A stretch of 64,000 nucleotides of DNA from NCBI GenBank assembly GCA_963751455.1, contig CAVVUN010000015.1, forward strand, positions 704,001 through 768,000, read 5' to 3'. Position numbers and translations under genes: made by a program. This document shows, piece by piece, positions 1 to 10,994 of this stretch. How positions within the stretch are numbered: position 1 is the stretch's first letter; every line of letters begins with the position of its first letter. A model generated the notes under the pieces. It did no database searches, was not told the origin of the DNA, and was given only the letters and a program-made list of their open reading frames with translations. The DNA is from Nitrospirota bacterium (GTDB lineage: Bacteria; Nitrospirota; UBA9217).

Positions 1-602
1 GGGGAATCGACGTGATGGTGGGCGGGTCCCAGAAGGGCGTCATGCTGCCCCCAGGCCTTGCCTTTGTCTCCGTAAGCGACAAGGCATGGAAGGCTGCGGA
101 TACGGCAAAAACCCCGAAGTTCTATTTCAACTTTAAAAAAGAGCGTGAGAACCTTGCAAAGAACCAGACGAACTTCACGTCCGCAGTTACGTTGATCATC
201 GGCTTGAACGCTTCGATCAAGATGCTCCAGGCAGAGGGGCTTGACAACGTTTTTGCACGTCACGAAAAGCTGGCAAAAGCGACCCGCGCGGCAGCAGCGG
301 CGCTTGGTCTCAAGCTCTTTCCGAAGGAAAGCCCGAGCAACGCGCTCACTGCTATCGAAGCGCCGGCAGGCGTGGACGGCCAGGCAATATATAAGAACCT
401 CAGGGAGAAGTACGGTATAACGGGAGCAGGCGGCCAGGATAAGCTCAAGGGCAAGATATTCCGGATCGCGCACCTCGGATATGCAGACACATTCGATGTG
501 ATCACCGCGGTTGCAGGCATCGAGATGGTCCTGAAAGGCCTGGGGCACCCCGTCAAGCTCGGAACCGGCGTGGCAGCCGCCGAAGAAATATTGATGAAGT
601 AA
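1..602 (+). CDS. Class V PLP-dependent aminotransferase (serine-pyruvate/phosphoserine aminotransferase-like), 5' partial
   Basis: GSQKG PLP-lysine motif and FRIAHLG C-terminal motif; lies directly upstream of serA. Confidence 0.9.
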   Translation, partial: GIDVMVGGSQKGVMLPPGLAFVSVSDKAWKAADTAKTPKFYFNFKKERENLAKNQTNFTSAVTLIIGLNASIKMLQAEGLDNVFARHEKLAKATRAAAAALGLKLFPKESPSNALTAIEAPAGVDGQAIYKNLREKYGITGAGGQDKLKGKIFRIAHLGYADTFDVITAVAGIEMVLKGLGHPVKLGTGVAAAEEILMK

Positions 603-607
603 TTTTT

Positions 608-684
608 GCCACAGAGATCACGGAGACCACGGAGAAAAGCAGGTAATGATTTGTTACTCTGTGAACTCGGTGTCCTCTGCGGCT
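608..684. repeat. Intergenic palindromic element made of ~9-bp units
   Basis: ccacagagatcacggagaccacggag ... ctctgtgaactcggtgtcctctgcgg inverted arms; related half-elements near 43495, 62290 and 63945. Confidence 0.6.
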
Positions 685-708
685 GCAGCTTTTAAATTTG
701 GAGGATTC

Positions 709-2286
709 ATGAAGGTTCTGATCAGCGATAATCTCTCGCCCGTCGGGGTTGAGATCCTAAAAAAGGCCGGACTCGAGGTGGACGCCCGGAGCAAGACCGC
801 GCAGGAGGAGATCGAGAAGATCATCGGAGAATATGATGCCCTGATCATCCGGTCGGCGACAAAAGTTACGGCAGCGCTGCTCGAAAAGGCGACGAAGCTC
901 AAGGTCGTTGGCCGTGCAGGAAGCGGTCTTGATAACGTTGACATCCCGGCGGCAACCAAGAAGGGCGTGGTCGTCATGAACACTCCCGGCGGCAACACGG
1001 TCACCACGGCTGAGCATACAGTGGGCATGATCTTCGCATGCGCACGCATGATCCCCCAGGCCTATGCGTCGCTCAAGGCCGGTAAATGGGAAAAGAAAAA
1101 ATTCGAAGGGGTTGAGCTCTATGCCAAGACGCTTGGCATCATAGGCCTGGGCGCAATAGGCGGCGTGGTTGCGAACCGTGCGATCGGCCTGGGCATGAAA
1201 GTGCTCGCATTCGATCCCTTCATCTCGACTGAGAAGGCCACATCGCTTGGCATTGAGCTGGCGGACCTGCCCGCGATCTACAGGCGGTCGGATTTTATCA
1301 CGATCCACACGCCCAAAACGAAGGAGACGGCGAACCTGATCAACCGGAACACGATTGCCCAGATGAAAGACAGCGTCCGGATCATCAATTGCGCGCGGGG
1401 CGGCATCGTGAACGAACAGGACCTCTACGAGGCGCTCAAGAGCGGCAAGGTGGCAGCAGCGGCCTTCGATGTTTTCGAGAAGGAGCCGCCGGACAGCCAT
1501 CCGCTCCTGACACTGGATAATTTCATCGCTACGCCGCATCTGGGCGCTTCCACCCTGGAAGCTCAGGAGAACGTTGCTGTTGCGGTTGCAGAGCAGGTTG
1601 TGGATTATCTCGTGGCCGGGACCGTACGCAACGCCGTAAACGTGCCGTCAGTACCGGCCGACCAGCTGCCGACGCTTTCGCCATACATAAATCTGGCCGA
1701 GCGCATGGGCCTGTTCGTGGGCCAGCTGACTGAAGGCGGGCTGACGCAGGTCACGATCGAATACAGCGGAGAGGTGGCTAATCTCAAGCAGGAGCCTATT
1801 ACGCTCGCGGCCCTCAAGGGGCTGCTCACGCCAACCCTGCAGGAGAACGTGAACTATGTAAATGCGCCGCTCATGGCAAAGGACCGGGGAATCGATGTCA
1901 AGGTTTCTAAATCCAGCGGAACTGCCGAATATACAAGTCTCGTAACGCTCAGGATCAGGGCGGGCGGCAGGGACCTTTCTGCTGCAGGCACACTGAACAG
2001 CAGGAAGGAACCGAGGATCATACAAGTGGACAACTTCCCGATGGAGACCGTTCCGGACGGAGCGATGCTCGTGCTGATGAATAACGATAAGCCGGGCGTC
2101 ATCGGCGGTATCGGCATGATTCTCGGCCAGAACGGCGTCAATATCGCGAGGATGCAGTTCGGCCGGGAGACGCAGGGCGGCCTCGCCATGTCTGTAGTGA
2201 GCGTCGACAGTGTCGTATCTGACGATCTTATGGCGAAGATCAAGCAGCTCCCGAACGTGCTGTCCGTAAAACTGATACGAATCTAG
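709..2286 (+). CDS. serA: D-3-phosphoglycerate dehydrogenase
   Basis: GRAGSGLDNVD, GLGAIG NAD-binding motif, TPHLGAST, C-terminal ACT domain; GGAGG RBS before ATG 709. Confidence 0.97.
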   Translation: MKVLISDNLSPVGVEILKKAGLEVDARSKTAQEEIEKIIGEYDALIIRSATKVTAALLEKATKLKVVGRAGSGLDNVDIPAATKKGVVVMNTPGGNTVTTAEHTVGMIFACARMIPQAYASLKAGKWEKKKFEGVELYAKTLGIIGLGAIGGVVANRAIGLGMKVLAFDPFISTEKATSLGIELADLPAIYRRSDFITIHTPKTKETANLINRNTIAQMKDSVRIINCARGGIVNEQDLYEALKSGKVAAAAFDVFEKEPPDSHPLLTLDNFIATPHLGASTLEAQENVAVAVAEQVVDYLVAGTVRNAVNVPSVPADQLPTLSPYINLAERMGLFVGQLTEGGLTQVTIEYSGEVANLKQEPITLAALKGLLTPTLQENVNYVNAPLMAKDRGIDVKVSKSSGTAEYTSLVTLRIRAGGRDLSAAGTLNSRKEPRIIQVDNFPMETVPDGAMLVLMNNDKPGVIGGIGMILGQNGVNIARMQFGRETQGGLAMSVVSVDSVVSDDLMAKIKQLPNVLSVKLIRI

Positions 2287-2290
2287 TTCA

Positions 2291-3691
<1,401 letters not shown>

Positions 3692-3850
3692 AACATTAAA
3701 TTCCAAATAACAAGCGCCAAATAACAAATAAGCATCAATAAGCAAGCAAGAAGTTCGGAGTTCAGCAATTTGGATTTAGCAGTGTCCCGTAAATTTTGTT
3801 GCAAAACCGCGGGAACTCTGATAATATACGCGTCTTCGCGTGGAAAACGC

Positions 3851-3926
3851 GGGCCGGTAGCTCAGTTGGTAGAGCACCGCCCTTTTAAGGCGGGTGTCCT
3901 GGGTTCGAGTCCCAGCCGGCTCACCA
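3851..3926 (+). tRNA. tRNA-Lys(TTT)
   Basis: Cloverleaf; anticodon loop cTTTTaa; GGTTCGAGTCC T-arm; encoded CCA. Confidence 0.97.
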
Positions 3927-3931
3927 CTTCA

Positions 3932-4016
3932 ATTGCGGATTGCAGATTGCGGAATTCGGATTGAAAGAAAAAGTCAGGCAGTTAAATCCGCAATCCGAAA
4001 TCCACAATCCCAAATT
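3932..4016. repeat. Heptamer-periodic inverted repeat between the two tRNAs
   Basis: (attgcgg/attgcag)n ... (aatccgc/aatccga/aatccac)n. Confidence 0.7.
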
Positions 4017-4020
4017 ATAT

Positions 4021-4098
4021 GTCCCCATCGTCTAGCCCGGCCCAGGACACCGCCCTTTCACGGCGATAACGGGGGTTCGAATCCCCCTGGGGACGCCA
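4021..4098 (+). tRNA. tRNA-Glu(TTC), integration target
   Basis: Acceptor stem gtcccca/tggggac; anticodon loop cTTTCac; GGTTCGAATCC T-arm; encoded CCA. Confidence 0.97.
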
Positions 4099-5428
4099 AT
4101 TTACTTCTGTAACCCACGGATTTCTTAATCAGATTTTCCGTGGGTTTTCTTGTTTCTGGCCTGTTGTGAATGTCTTGTGAATGAATTTCTGTAACACTCC
4201 CGCCGTGCATCTTCCGCAGCATCTCTACTGATCGCTGAACATACTTTTTCGACATCCCTGACGTGCTCTGACCGGCCATCATTTCCATGTCCTTCTCACT
4301 GTGCCCGTTGAGTGCGTACTGCGTCATCGTCGTGTGTTTGGTTGCATTGTACACGTTGACATAAGGAACGCCGGCGCGTTTGCAGGCACGCTTCCAGATG
4401 TCATTCACAACCCAGTTGGAATACCGGGTGCCGAGTTCGTTCGGGAAAGCGATCTCTCGACCAAAGCGGCCTTGGAGAATTGAGGTATCAAAGCGAGGAT
4501 GAAGCGGAATCACGTATTCCTTTCGGTTCTTTCTCGTTTTCAGACTTCGATCAAAATCCAGACTATTCTCAATCCAGACGGTCATTGCCTTCAAATCGAA
4601 GTGCCGCACATCCAGGGCGCAGGCCTCGGACGGCCGCACAGGATGCTTAATGAGAAAGTCGATAATCGCATGATGAACCGGGTTCGTGATAGAAGCGAAC
4701 GCCTTGTCCCGGTCCTCGATCGGCATGACGCGAACCAGCTTCTCGCTGAGTACAATCGGGTCGAAGATCGGAACGATGAAATCACGCTTCATTTTGTGGA
4801 GCCAGTTACAGAAGCCGCGGAGCTGATCCATCACGTTCTTGACCGCCTTATCTGAAAGCGGCTGATCTTTATGGCCTCCGAATGGGATCCGGTATACCTC
4901 AACGAGGTGCTTCTGGAAGCGGGCGATGTCCATTGTCTCGATCTCGAGCATGTTCCGTTCGCTGAAGAATGGGATGAAATGATCCTCGCAATACTGCTCG
5001 ATCTTTCGAATATAGGAGAGCGCCCGTTTCGGTTTCCTCGAGCGAATGTCGCTCAGCCAGGTGATTTTATCAGGCCCGGGATCTGCCGTTTGAAAAAGGA
5101 ACTTCCCTTTGTATTCGTCCAGCTCAGAAGCAAGGTATTTTCTGATATCGAACCGCCGATGCTCAGTCTTGCACACGTCAAGATCGGTTCGGATACTCTC
5201 AATGACTCCATAGGCGAGACTATAACTCGAGAACATATGCCCGGTCTTGTAATACCGGCTGATCACGTAGGGCTTGTGGGTGACTTTATCGTAAAAGAAG
5301 ATGTAGACCTTATCGGGTTTTGTTTGGCAGGTAGGACATATTAAAGCAGGTGCTTTTCCGACAAAGAGCTCCTTGAACTTTCCGGCGCAGACAGGACACA
5401 CTTCGCGGGTACGGACTTGTCCGCTCAT
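4058..5428 (-). CDS. Tyrosine integrase with N-terminal zinc ribbon; ORF reads through the att core
   Basis: CPVC..CPTC; VRPSE catalytic R; KT.K; atypical box II YNATKHT..AGQ..KKY; GAGGAGG RBS before ATG 5428. Confidence 0.9.
   Translation of the reverse strand: MSGQVRTREVCPVCAGKFKELFVGKAPALICPTCQTKPDKVYIFFYDKVTHKPYVISRYYKTGHMFSSYSLAYGVIESIRTDLDVCKTEHRRFDIRKYLASELDEYKGKFLFQTADPGPDKITWLSDIRSRKPKRALSYIRKIEQYCEDHFIPFFSERNMLEIETMDIARFQKHLVEVYRIPFGGHKDQPLSDKAVKNVMDQLRGFCNWLHKMKRDFIVPIFDPIVLSEKLVRVMPIEDRDKAFASITNPVHHAIIDFLIKHPVRPSEACALDVRHFDLKAMTVWIENSLDFDRSLKTRKNRKEYVIPLHPRFDTSILQGRFGREIAFPNELGTRYSNWVVNDIWKRACKRAGVPYVNVYNATKHTTMTQYALNGHSEKDMEMMAGQSTSGMSKKYVQRSVEMLRKMHGGSVTEIHSQDIHNRPETRKPTENLIKKSVGYRSKLASPGGFEPPLSP
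4071..4100 (+). repeat. attL core (tRNA-Glu 3' end)
   Basis: 30/30 identical to 24167-24196. Confidence 0.95.
4164..4185 (+). promoter_or_regulatory. Probable integrase arm-type binding sites
   Basis: ttgtgaatgtcttgtgaatgaa matches 24075-24096 at 21 of 22 bases. Confidence 0.7.
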
Positions 5429-5666
5429 GTTATGGCCCCCCTCCTCAGTCTTCTGGTGGGGGTGATTGTAGGCTATGTCCACGCCTAAAGTCAAGCTGCC
5501 GTCCTCGATTGTCCTCAACCGCACTGGATTTGGAATCCAGCGGGGGATTTTAGAAATCGCAAATTCAAAGAGTTACGACCCTTATGCCACCTGTATGCTC
5601 GCGACCTTTTTACTGAAACCCGCTGGCCATTCGCCGTAATTACCGTCCATCTTTCAATATTGAGTT

Positions 5667-7223
5667 CTAGACGGTTCTATCCGACCCTATCACCTGTGAA
5701 GTTGCACCCAGCTGTATGAGCGCCTGGTTTGCATTGAGTGCTCCGGCGATCGCGGTAGCCCAGATGTTACCGCCGGCCTTCGCAGTATCAGCTCTGATCT
5801 CCATTGACGCGATAAGCGCCCTCACCGCCAATTGGGCCTGCTGCGCAAGTATCTGCGTCTGGAACTCAGCTGCCCCTTTCGTAAGTCCTGCGACGGCCAC
5901 CCCGACATCCGCACGCGCCTTCTGCAGTCCGACCTCTGCCGAGTACGCCCCGACCTTGGCCCCGAACGCAGAACCTTTCGCGGCTATCACCGAGGCAAGC
6001 CCTTCGGCCTTGGCTTTGAGCGCCTGCATATACGAGTCGAATTGCTTTAAGATAGCCATGTTCTTCTCTGCCGTGGCCTTGAGTTTTTCAACCTGCATCA
6101 TGGCGTCCGTTTTAGCGTATTCAAGGCTGAGTCCGTAATCGGTCTTTTCCTTGTCAAGCTTGGCCGTAAACGCCTTTAAAAGCATCTCGTTCTTGGAAAT
6201 CTGATGCCCTAAAAGGGCAAGCTGCACATCAGCAGCCTTTATGAGCGCCGATACCCGTGCAGCATACTTGGATATCCATGCGTTATAGAAGCCGAGAGAA
6301 AATTCGAAGACCGACCGCATGGCCGTCAGCGCCCGATTCTTCACCTGGTCGTAATGCTGGACCTCGACAGCCAGGACCTGAAGCATGCTCGACGTGGTGA
6401 ACTGCTGGTTCTGCAGGCTCATCTTTGCCTGGTCTTCGGCTACCGACCGGGACTCGTCCATTTTCTTATACCCATACTCGGTTTCGAATGCAGTGACTGT
6501 CTGTTTAAGAGTGCCCTGCGGCAGATCCCACCCAAAACGCGCATGATCATCGGCCATCTTCACGACCGTACGCTGCCGGATAAGTTCGTCACGCTCGGAC
6601 ATCCGATCCCATATCTGTCGCTCAACCGTGGGGTTGATACCCGTTACGCCGGCGGCCATGTCCGCAGTAAGCTTCGCATAGAGTGCGGTTGCGCTTATTG
6701 ACGAAAGGCTCTCGTTCTCTGCCTGGTATAGGCTGTCCTTATACGAGGTGATCGCGTCCTGGATAACGGTCATATCGTCCGACATCTTGATATCATTAAG
6801 GCTATCGGGATCAAAAAGGTCATCCGGGTTCGGTAAATCGATTTCTTTAAAATCCTTCAGGTCTTCCGTTGTCGGCGGCGCGTCGACTGTCTTGATATTA
6901 AGTGAGTCGTACGGATCCAGCGTGCCAGAAGGAGTTGGCGGCGTAGCACCGTTAAAGTCAATAGCTCCGATCTGCGACTCCTGCTGTGCGGTGTCAAGAT
7001 TGGCCCGGACAGTAATCGTCGTTCTGGGGTCGCTGATCAGCGTCTCCGGACTCGGCGGCGTCCATTGAAGCGCCGGAATCTCTACATTCGGCAGGAATAA
7101 TGAGGTTGATATCTGCTGCAGGGCTGACAGAAACTGCGCTGCGTTATCTACGTTTTCCGTTACATTCTGGTTGAGCGTTGCAAGCCGCTCGCTAACCGCC
7201 GCATTGACTTCTTCAACTGACAT
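5667..7223 (-). CDS. Phage-related alpha-helical protein (possible virion or DNA-ejection protein)
   Basis: Long Ala/Gln-rich coiled coil; GINPTVERQIWDR..ARFGWDLPQG segment recalls phage hypothetical proteins; GGAGG RBS. Confidence 0.55.
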   Translation of the reverse strand: MSVEEVNAAVSERLATLNQNVTENVDNAAQFLSALQQISTSLFLPNVEIPALQWTPPSPETLISDPRTTITVRANLDTAQQESQIGAIDFNGATPPTPSGTLDPYDSLNIKTVDAPPTTEDLKDFKEIDLPNPDDLFDPDSLNDIKMSDDMTVIQDAITSYKDSLYQAENESLSSISATALYAKLTADMAAGVTGINPTVERQIWDRMSERDELIRQRTVVKMADDHARFGWDLPQGTLKQTVTAFETEYGYKKMDESRSVAEDQAKMSLQNQQFTTSSMLQVLAVEVQHYDQVKNRALTAMRSVFEFSLGFYNAWISKYAARVSALIKAADVQLALLGHQISKNEMLLKAFTAKLDKEKTDYGLSLEYAKTDAMMQVEKLKATAEKNMAILKQFDSYMQALKAKAEGLASVIAAKGSAFGAKVGAYSAEVGLQKARADVGVAVAGLTKGAAEFQTQILAQQAQLAVRALIASMEIRADTAKAGGNIWATAIAGALNANQALIQLGATSQVIGSDRTV

Positions 7224-7629
7224 ATACACCTCCATTTAATGTTGCGTTTTGTTAACATCTTCAGCCTTACTCAACGGGTCCGACGCGCTGCCAGGCAACC
7301 CGCTACTGCCCATGTCATCTAGGCAATAAATCTGAGATTTTCACATGAACTATATTTAGCTGCGACCTTAACAAACCTTAACAACCTCACTGCTTCAAGA
7401 GTCGGAACGTTAGCTTTTGTTAACAGGCCATTGGTTTCCGACCATTTCAGACAAAGGCGACTTGATCCCTGGTTGCGAGCCGTACACGATTCCACATCTT
7501 CTCGATAAAAATATCGGTAAATATCGGTTTCAAAGCTCACTAAGTCGAGAATCTTTCACGTTAATTTCGTGGCAACGAGTTTTAAACAATGCGGCCAGTG
7601 ACTCTCCAAAGTGTCGGTTTTTCTCCGGG

Positions 7630-7899
7630 TCAGTCCTCGTTTCCCACCTTGTCCGACTTCCCGATGAAAGCAAGCTCTTCGTCGGTCACATGCATTCCTT
7701 TTCGGAGATAACCTTCGATCAACGCTCTCCGTACCCGCGGTCTGTTCCGGACCAGGCATTGCTTGCTGCGCGCAGTTGATCTCTTGTAGCCGGCATCCAG
7801 CATAGCGCCCGTATAACACTCGCCGTCGAGAAGGGCCTGCACGAGCTTCCGCTCTTTTTCGGAGAGGGTCTCAATTGTCTTGGGTTTGTCATTGACCAT
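7630..7899 (-). CDS. Terminase small subunit-like HTH protein
   Basis: LSEKERKLVQALL..AMLDAGYKRSTA..RPRVRRAL fits the TerS N-terminal pattern. Confidence 0.65.
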   Translation of the reverse strand: MVNDKPKTIETLSEKERKLVQALLDGECYTGAMLDAGYKRSTARSKQCLVRNRPRVRRALIEGYLRKGMHVTDEELAFIGKSDKVGNED

Positions 7900-8071
7900 C
7901 GTTTTTTACCTCTACCAATGCCCTAAATTTCCCCGATTCCTGCCTCTGCCTGTCTCACTACCATCTCACCCTGGGAAAACGTCTCTTTTTCCCTAAACAG
8001 ACACTTTGTCCACTGCATTTTTATCTTTCCCGAATGGCCTGAGATTCGCGAGAGCTGTTTTTTTCTGATCC

Positions 8072-8328
8072 TCAGACCTCAACTTGCTCAAATTCGGATT
8101 CTTGCCGCACCGGAAAGGATACAATGGCATTCGGCCTTGCCGTGCCTGCGAGCTCTGGCCGGCCTTCCAGCCTTGCGACGATCGTTGGGATCTTGTCCAT
8201 GATCGCCTGTACCTCAAGGGCCACGTCTTCGGGCAAACCAAAACTAGACCTGGCTCGAGCAAGGTTCAGTTGGGCCTTTAAAAGACACTGGATCTGAAAA
8301 CGTCTTGCCGCTTCGCCTAAAGTTGTCA
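8072..8328 (-). CDS. Hypothetical protein
   Basis: Co-oriented ORF in the replication operon; purine-rich RBS. Confidence 0.45.
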
Positions 8329-8359
8329 TTTCTTCCCCCACTGGTTTAACGCCTGCCGT

Positions 8360-8944
8360 TTATTGAAGTGCCTGTACCGCTTCTGGAAAGGTTGCCCCGT
8401 ATAATTTCCGGTAAACGTCGATCGTGTCCGCTGTCTTGCCGCAAGAGAAGCAGTAGGCGAAATTATTCTTGATGAACATGCTCGGCCTGTGGTCTTCATG
8501 AAAGAGGCAGAGAGCCATTCCGCGGCGCGCATCAATGAAATTATCTATCGGGTATGCTTTCGCTCGCTCGATCATGTCAGGCGTGACGGTGTCTTGTTTC
8601 GGTTTCTGTCCGAATGCTTCGAGCCCCTTTTCGAGCAGATAATCACGCTCTCGCTTTAATTTATCCTTGTTCTTCATCAGTCTGGCTACGCGGTCCGCTA
8701 TCATGTGGCCGCTCATCAAATTTGTTTTGTGCTTCTCATAGCTTATCGATGCATCGAGCAGATGGTCTTGAATTTCTGCGATCTGTTCCATTAGAGCGAA
8801 AATCCGCAACCATTCCCCCTCGCGGGCCATCTCGTTTTTATGTTCGTGAATCCGCGCGCGGACTCTCGGCATATCTACAGCGTTTCTCCACTTTGTGAGC
8901 GCTGCATCACTTATCACCATTTCCTGATATTCGAGGTCGGTCAT
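8360..8944 (-). CDS. CHC2 zinc-finger (primase Zn-binding domain) protein without TOPRIM
   Basis: CLFHEDHRPS...YCFSCG motif. Confidence 0.85.
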   Translation of the reverse strand: MTDLEYQEMVISDAALTKWRNAVDMPRVRARIHEHKNEMAREGEWLRIFALMEQIAEIQDHLLDASISYEKHKTNLMSGHMIADRVARLMKNKDKLKRERDYLLEKGLEAFGQKPKQDTVTPDMIERAKAYPIDNFIDARRGMALCLFHEDHRPSMFIKNNFAYCFSCGKTADTIDVYRKLYGATFPEAVQALQ

Positions 8945-8966
8945 GGGCGCCCCTGCTTCCTGGCCT

Positions 8967-9812
8967 TCAGCTTTTCATGGTGCATCTGTCTGTATTCCGG
9001 CTCAATTGTTCTTTCCCTGAGATCCTGAGATAAGGTCCTATCTTCGTGACGTTCACCTTCTTGTTCTTCGCTCCTGTAGCTCGGCACTTCGCAACCTTCA
9101 GAACTGCGTTGTCTCCGCCATCAAGCCGCCATATAAAAACAACCGTGTCCGCTTCCTTGCCGATCATGCCCGAATCCCGGAGACTCCTGATCGTCGGTTC
9201 CTCTGCCGCTTCGCTTCTATTCGTGTGAACGATCAAGACAATGATCAGATTTTCGTTTATCGCCAACAATTTGAGCTTCCGGCATATCCGGCCCAGATCG
9301 TTCGACAGGTTCCCGGTTTCTACCTGGTCGGACAAATAGTGGAGGTGGTCTATAAAAACGGCGTGAATCGTTTTATATTTCAGCTTTGCCTCCCTGATTC
9401 GTTCGCCGATCCAAGTCAACGTGCTCATCTCAAGTTCTGCCGGTAACATAAAATACGGTACTGCCTCGCCGAATTTTGCTAGAAATTCATCCGGCCTTTC
9501 TTCATAACTAAACCACAGGCATCCTGCGTCCTGTTCTGAAAAATTATTTGTCAGTGTACGAGCTAAAAGTGTTTTCCCTTCTCCCTCATCCCCGCTCAGG
9601 ATTACGAGCTGCCCGCCGCGGCAATCCCGGATATGATCGTCAAGGCCCGGGATCTTGGTTCTGAGGACTATTGTCGGTTCGAACTTCTTTTCAGCGTGGA
9701 GCTGATCAACCTTATCCCAGGAGGTAATCACCCGACCGGGTCCGCAATAGCTCTTGAGTTCCGCGTCTGCCTTTCGGCGTTCGTTGTCTTTGATGATCTC
9801 TTCAGGGTTCAT
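8967..9812 (-). CDS. DnaB-like replicative helicase (RecA-fold domain only)
   Basis: Walker A GDEGEGKT; VFIDHLH; LRDSGMIGKEAD. Confidence 0.9.
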   Translation of the reverse strand: MNPEEIIKDNERRKADAELKSYCGPGRVITSWDKVDQLHAEKKFEPTIVLRTKIPGLDDHIRDCRGGQLVILSGDEGEGKTLLARTLTNNFSEQDAGCLWFSYEERPDEFLAKFGEAVPYFMLPAELEMSTLTWIGERIREAKLKYKTIHAVFIDHLHYLSDQVETGNLSNDLGRICRKLKLLAINENLIIVLIVHTNRSEAAEEPTIRSLRDSGMIGKEADTVVFIWRLDGGDNAVLKVAKCRATGAKNKKVNVTKIGPYLRISGKEQLSRNTDRCTMKS

Positions 9813-10987
9813 GCGTATTGCCTCTTGTATCCGGGAACCATGCTGCTCTGTGATTCCTGCCTTTCAGGATTCACATGCTCCTTGTAAATATGAATCTTAT
9901 TCTTCCCGGTACCGCTTACGATAAACCGCACAGCGTCCTTAATTCCGAACCGCGGCTTTGTCGCTGCAAAATTACGAGCCGCCAAAATAGCGTTATCCTG
10001 TTCCTCGATATTTAGGCCGTTGAAAGCCGCTGCTGCTTCCTGCTTAGAACCCTTACGCCCGTCTTCTCTCGCTGGGTACGCCGTCCAGAATAATAGAAAC
10101 TTGTCGCTGTATTGCGGGTCTCCCTGTTCTGTCGGCTTTTTTGGTGTTCGTGTCTTCTGGCGCCTTTGGCGTTCGGGCCCCGTGACCTGGTGAGTTCGGC
10201 CGGCTTTCGTGGGATTCGCGTCTGTCTCTGATCCGGACAAAATAAGACTCTGTGCGTGCGCAGGAGCTAAATTTACAGGCTCTGTTCCATCAAGACGTAA
10301 AGAGATATCAGGTTTGCCCTTTGATTCGGTCTTTTCACGATCGATATCAGGCAGCGTTGAACCGTCTTCCGGTGAAACGCATTCTTTTGTTTGTTGTATA
10401 AGTGTATATTGTGGTCCCGGTTTTCCGTTACTGCTGTCCGGTTTTCCGTTACTACCTACAGCTGAGTAACGCTTTTCCGTTACAGTAACGGTTTTCCGTG
10501 ACTTCCCCTTTTGGGAGATGTTTTTCCACTTCGTATAGTCTTTTTGAAAGCCTACTTTTGCTCCTGATCGTGTCAGGATATTTCTCTCGCAGAGATCCTT
10601 GAAGGCCTCATATACCCGCTGCTTTTTAAGGCCGGTTTTTTCAATAAACTGCTCGTATGCAATCCAATCAAGCTTCTTGTCCCATCCATAAGTTTTCCGG
10701 AAAACGACCATCAGTATTCGCCAGCCATGGCCACTGATTTTCACCCTGGCAAGAGCTTCAAGGATCTCATCGGCGATCTTCGTATAGCCGTTCTGAAGTT
10801 GAGGGCTTGCACCCATCCTCATTTCCGATTCTGGTGCCCCTGCTTTGATTGCCAGCCGTGAAGAATCTATCTCTGGCAGCGGTGGTAGAAGGGCGCCGAT
10901 CTCCGACACTGCCCGTCCTTCTTTCATGGCACTAAGCGCCCAGTGCGGGAGGTGGAATCTATCATGATGTTCATCTCTGGCCAGCAT
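9809..10987 (-). CDS. Lambda O-like phage replication initiator (start uncertain, 10987 or 10822)
   Basis: NGYTKIADEILEAL..RKTYGWDKK.DWI domain; C-terminal FLLFWTAYP..GSKQEA. Confidence 0.85.
   Translation of the reverse strand: MLARDEHHDRFHLPHWALSAMKEGRAVSEIGALLPPLPEIDSSRLAIKAGAPESEMRMGASPQLQNGYTKIADEILEALARVKISGHGWRILMVVFRKTYGWDKKLDWIAYEQFIEKTGLKKQRVYEAFKDLCERNILTRSGAKVGFQKDYTKWKNISQKGKSRKTVTVTEKRYSAVGSNGKPDSSNGKPGPQYTLIQQTKECVSPEDGSTLPDIDREKTESKGKPDISLRLDGTEPVNLAPAHAQSLILSGSETDANPTKAGRTHQVTGPERQRRQKTRTPKKPTEQGDPQYSDKFLLFWTAYPAREDGRKGSKQEAAAAFNGLNIEEQDNAILAARNFAATKPRFGIKDAVRFIVSGTGKNKIHIYKEHVNPERQESQSSMVPGYKRQYA
10381..10503. other. Putative replication origin: four iterons plus an AT-rich tract inside the Rep gene
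   Basis: ttttccgt(t/g)ac at 10421, 10442, 10473 and 10492, next to AT-rich 10381-10410. Confidence 0.75.
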
Positions 10988-10994
10988 ATCAAGC

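Noticed and set aside
646-708. N-terminal extension of the serA ORF
   Set aside because: It overlaps a repeat; the RBS and family N-terminus point to ATG 709.
3770-4112. Short ORFs over the tRNAs
   Set aside because: Shadow translations of tRNA genes and heptamer repeats.
10417-10503. Repeats as a possible mini-CRISPR
   Set aside because: Too short and irregularly spaced; better explained as iterons.
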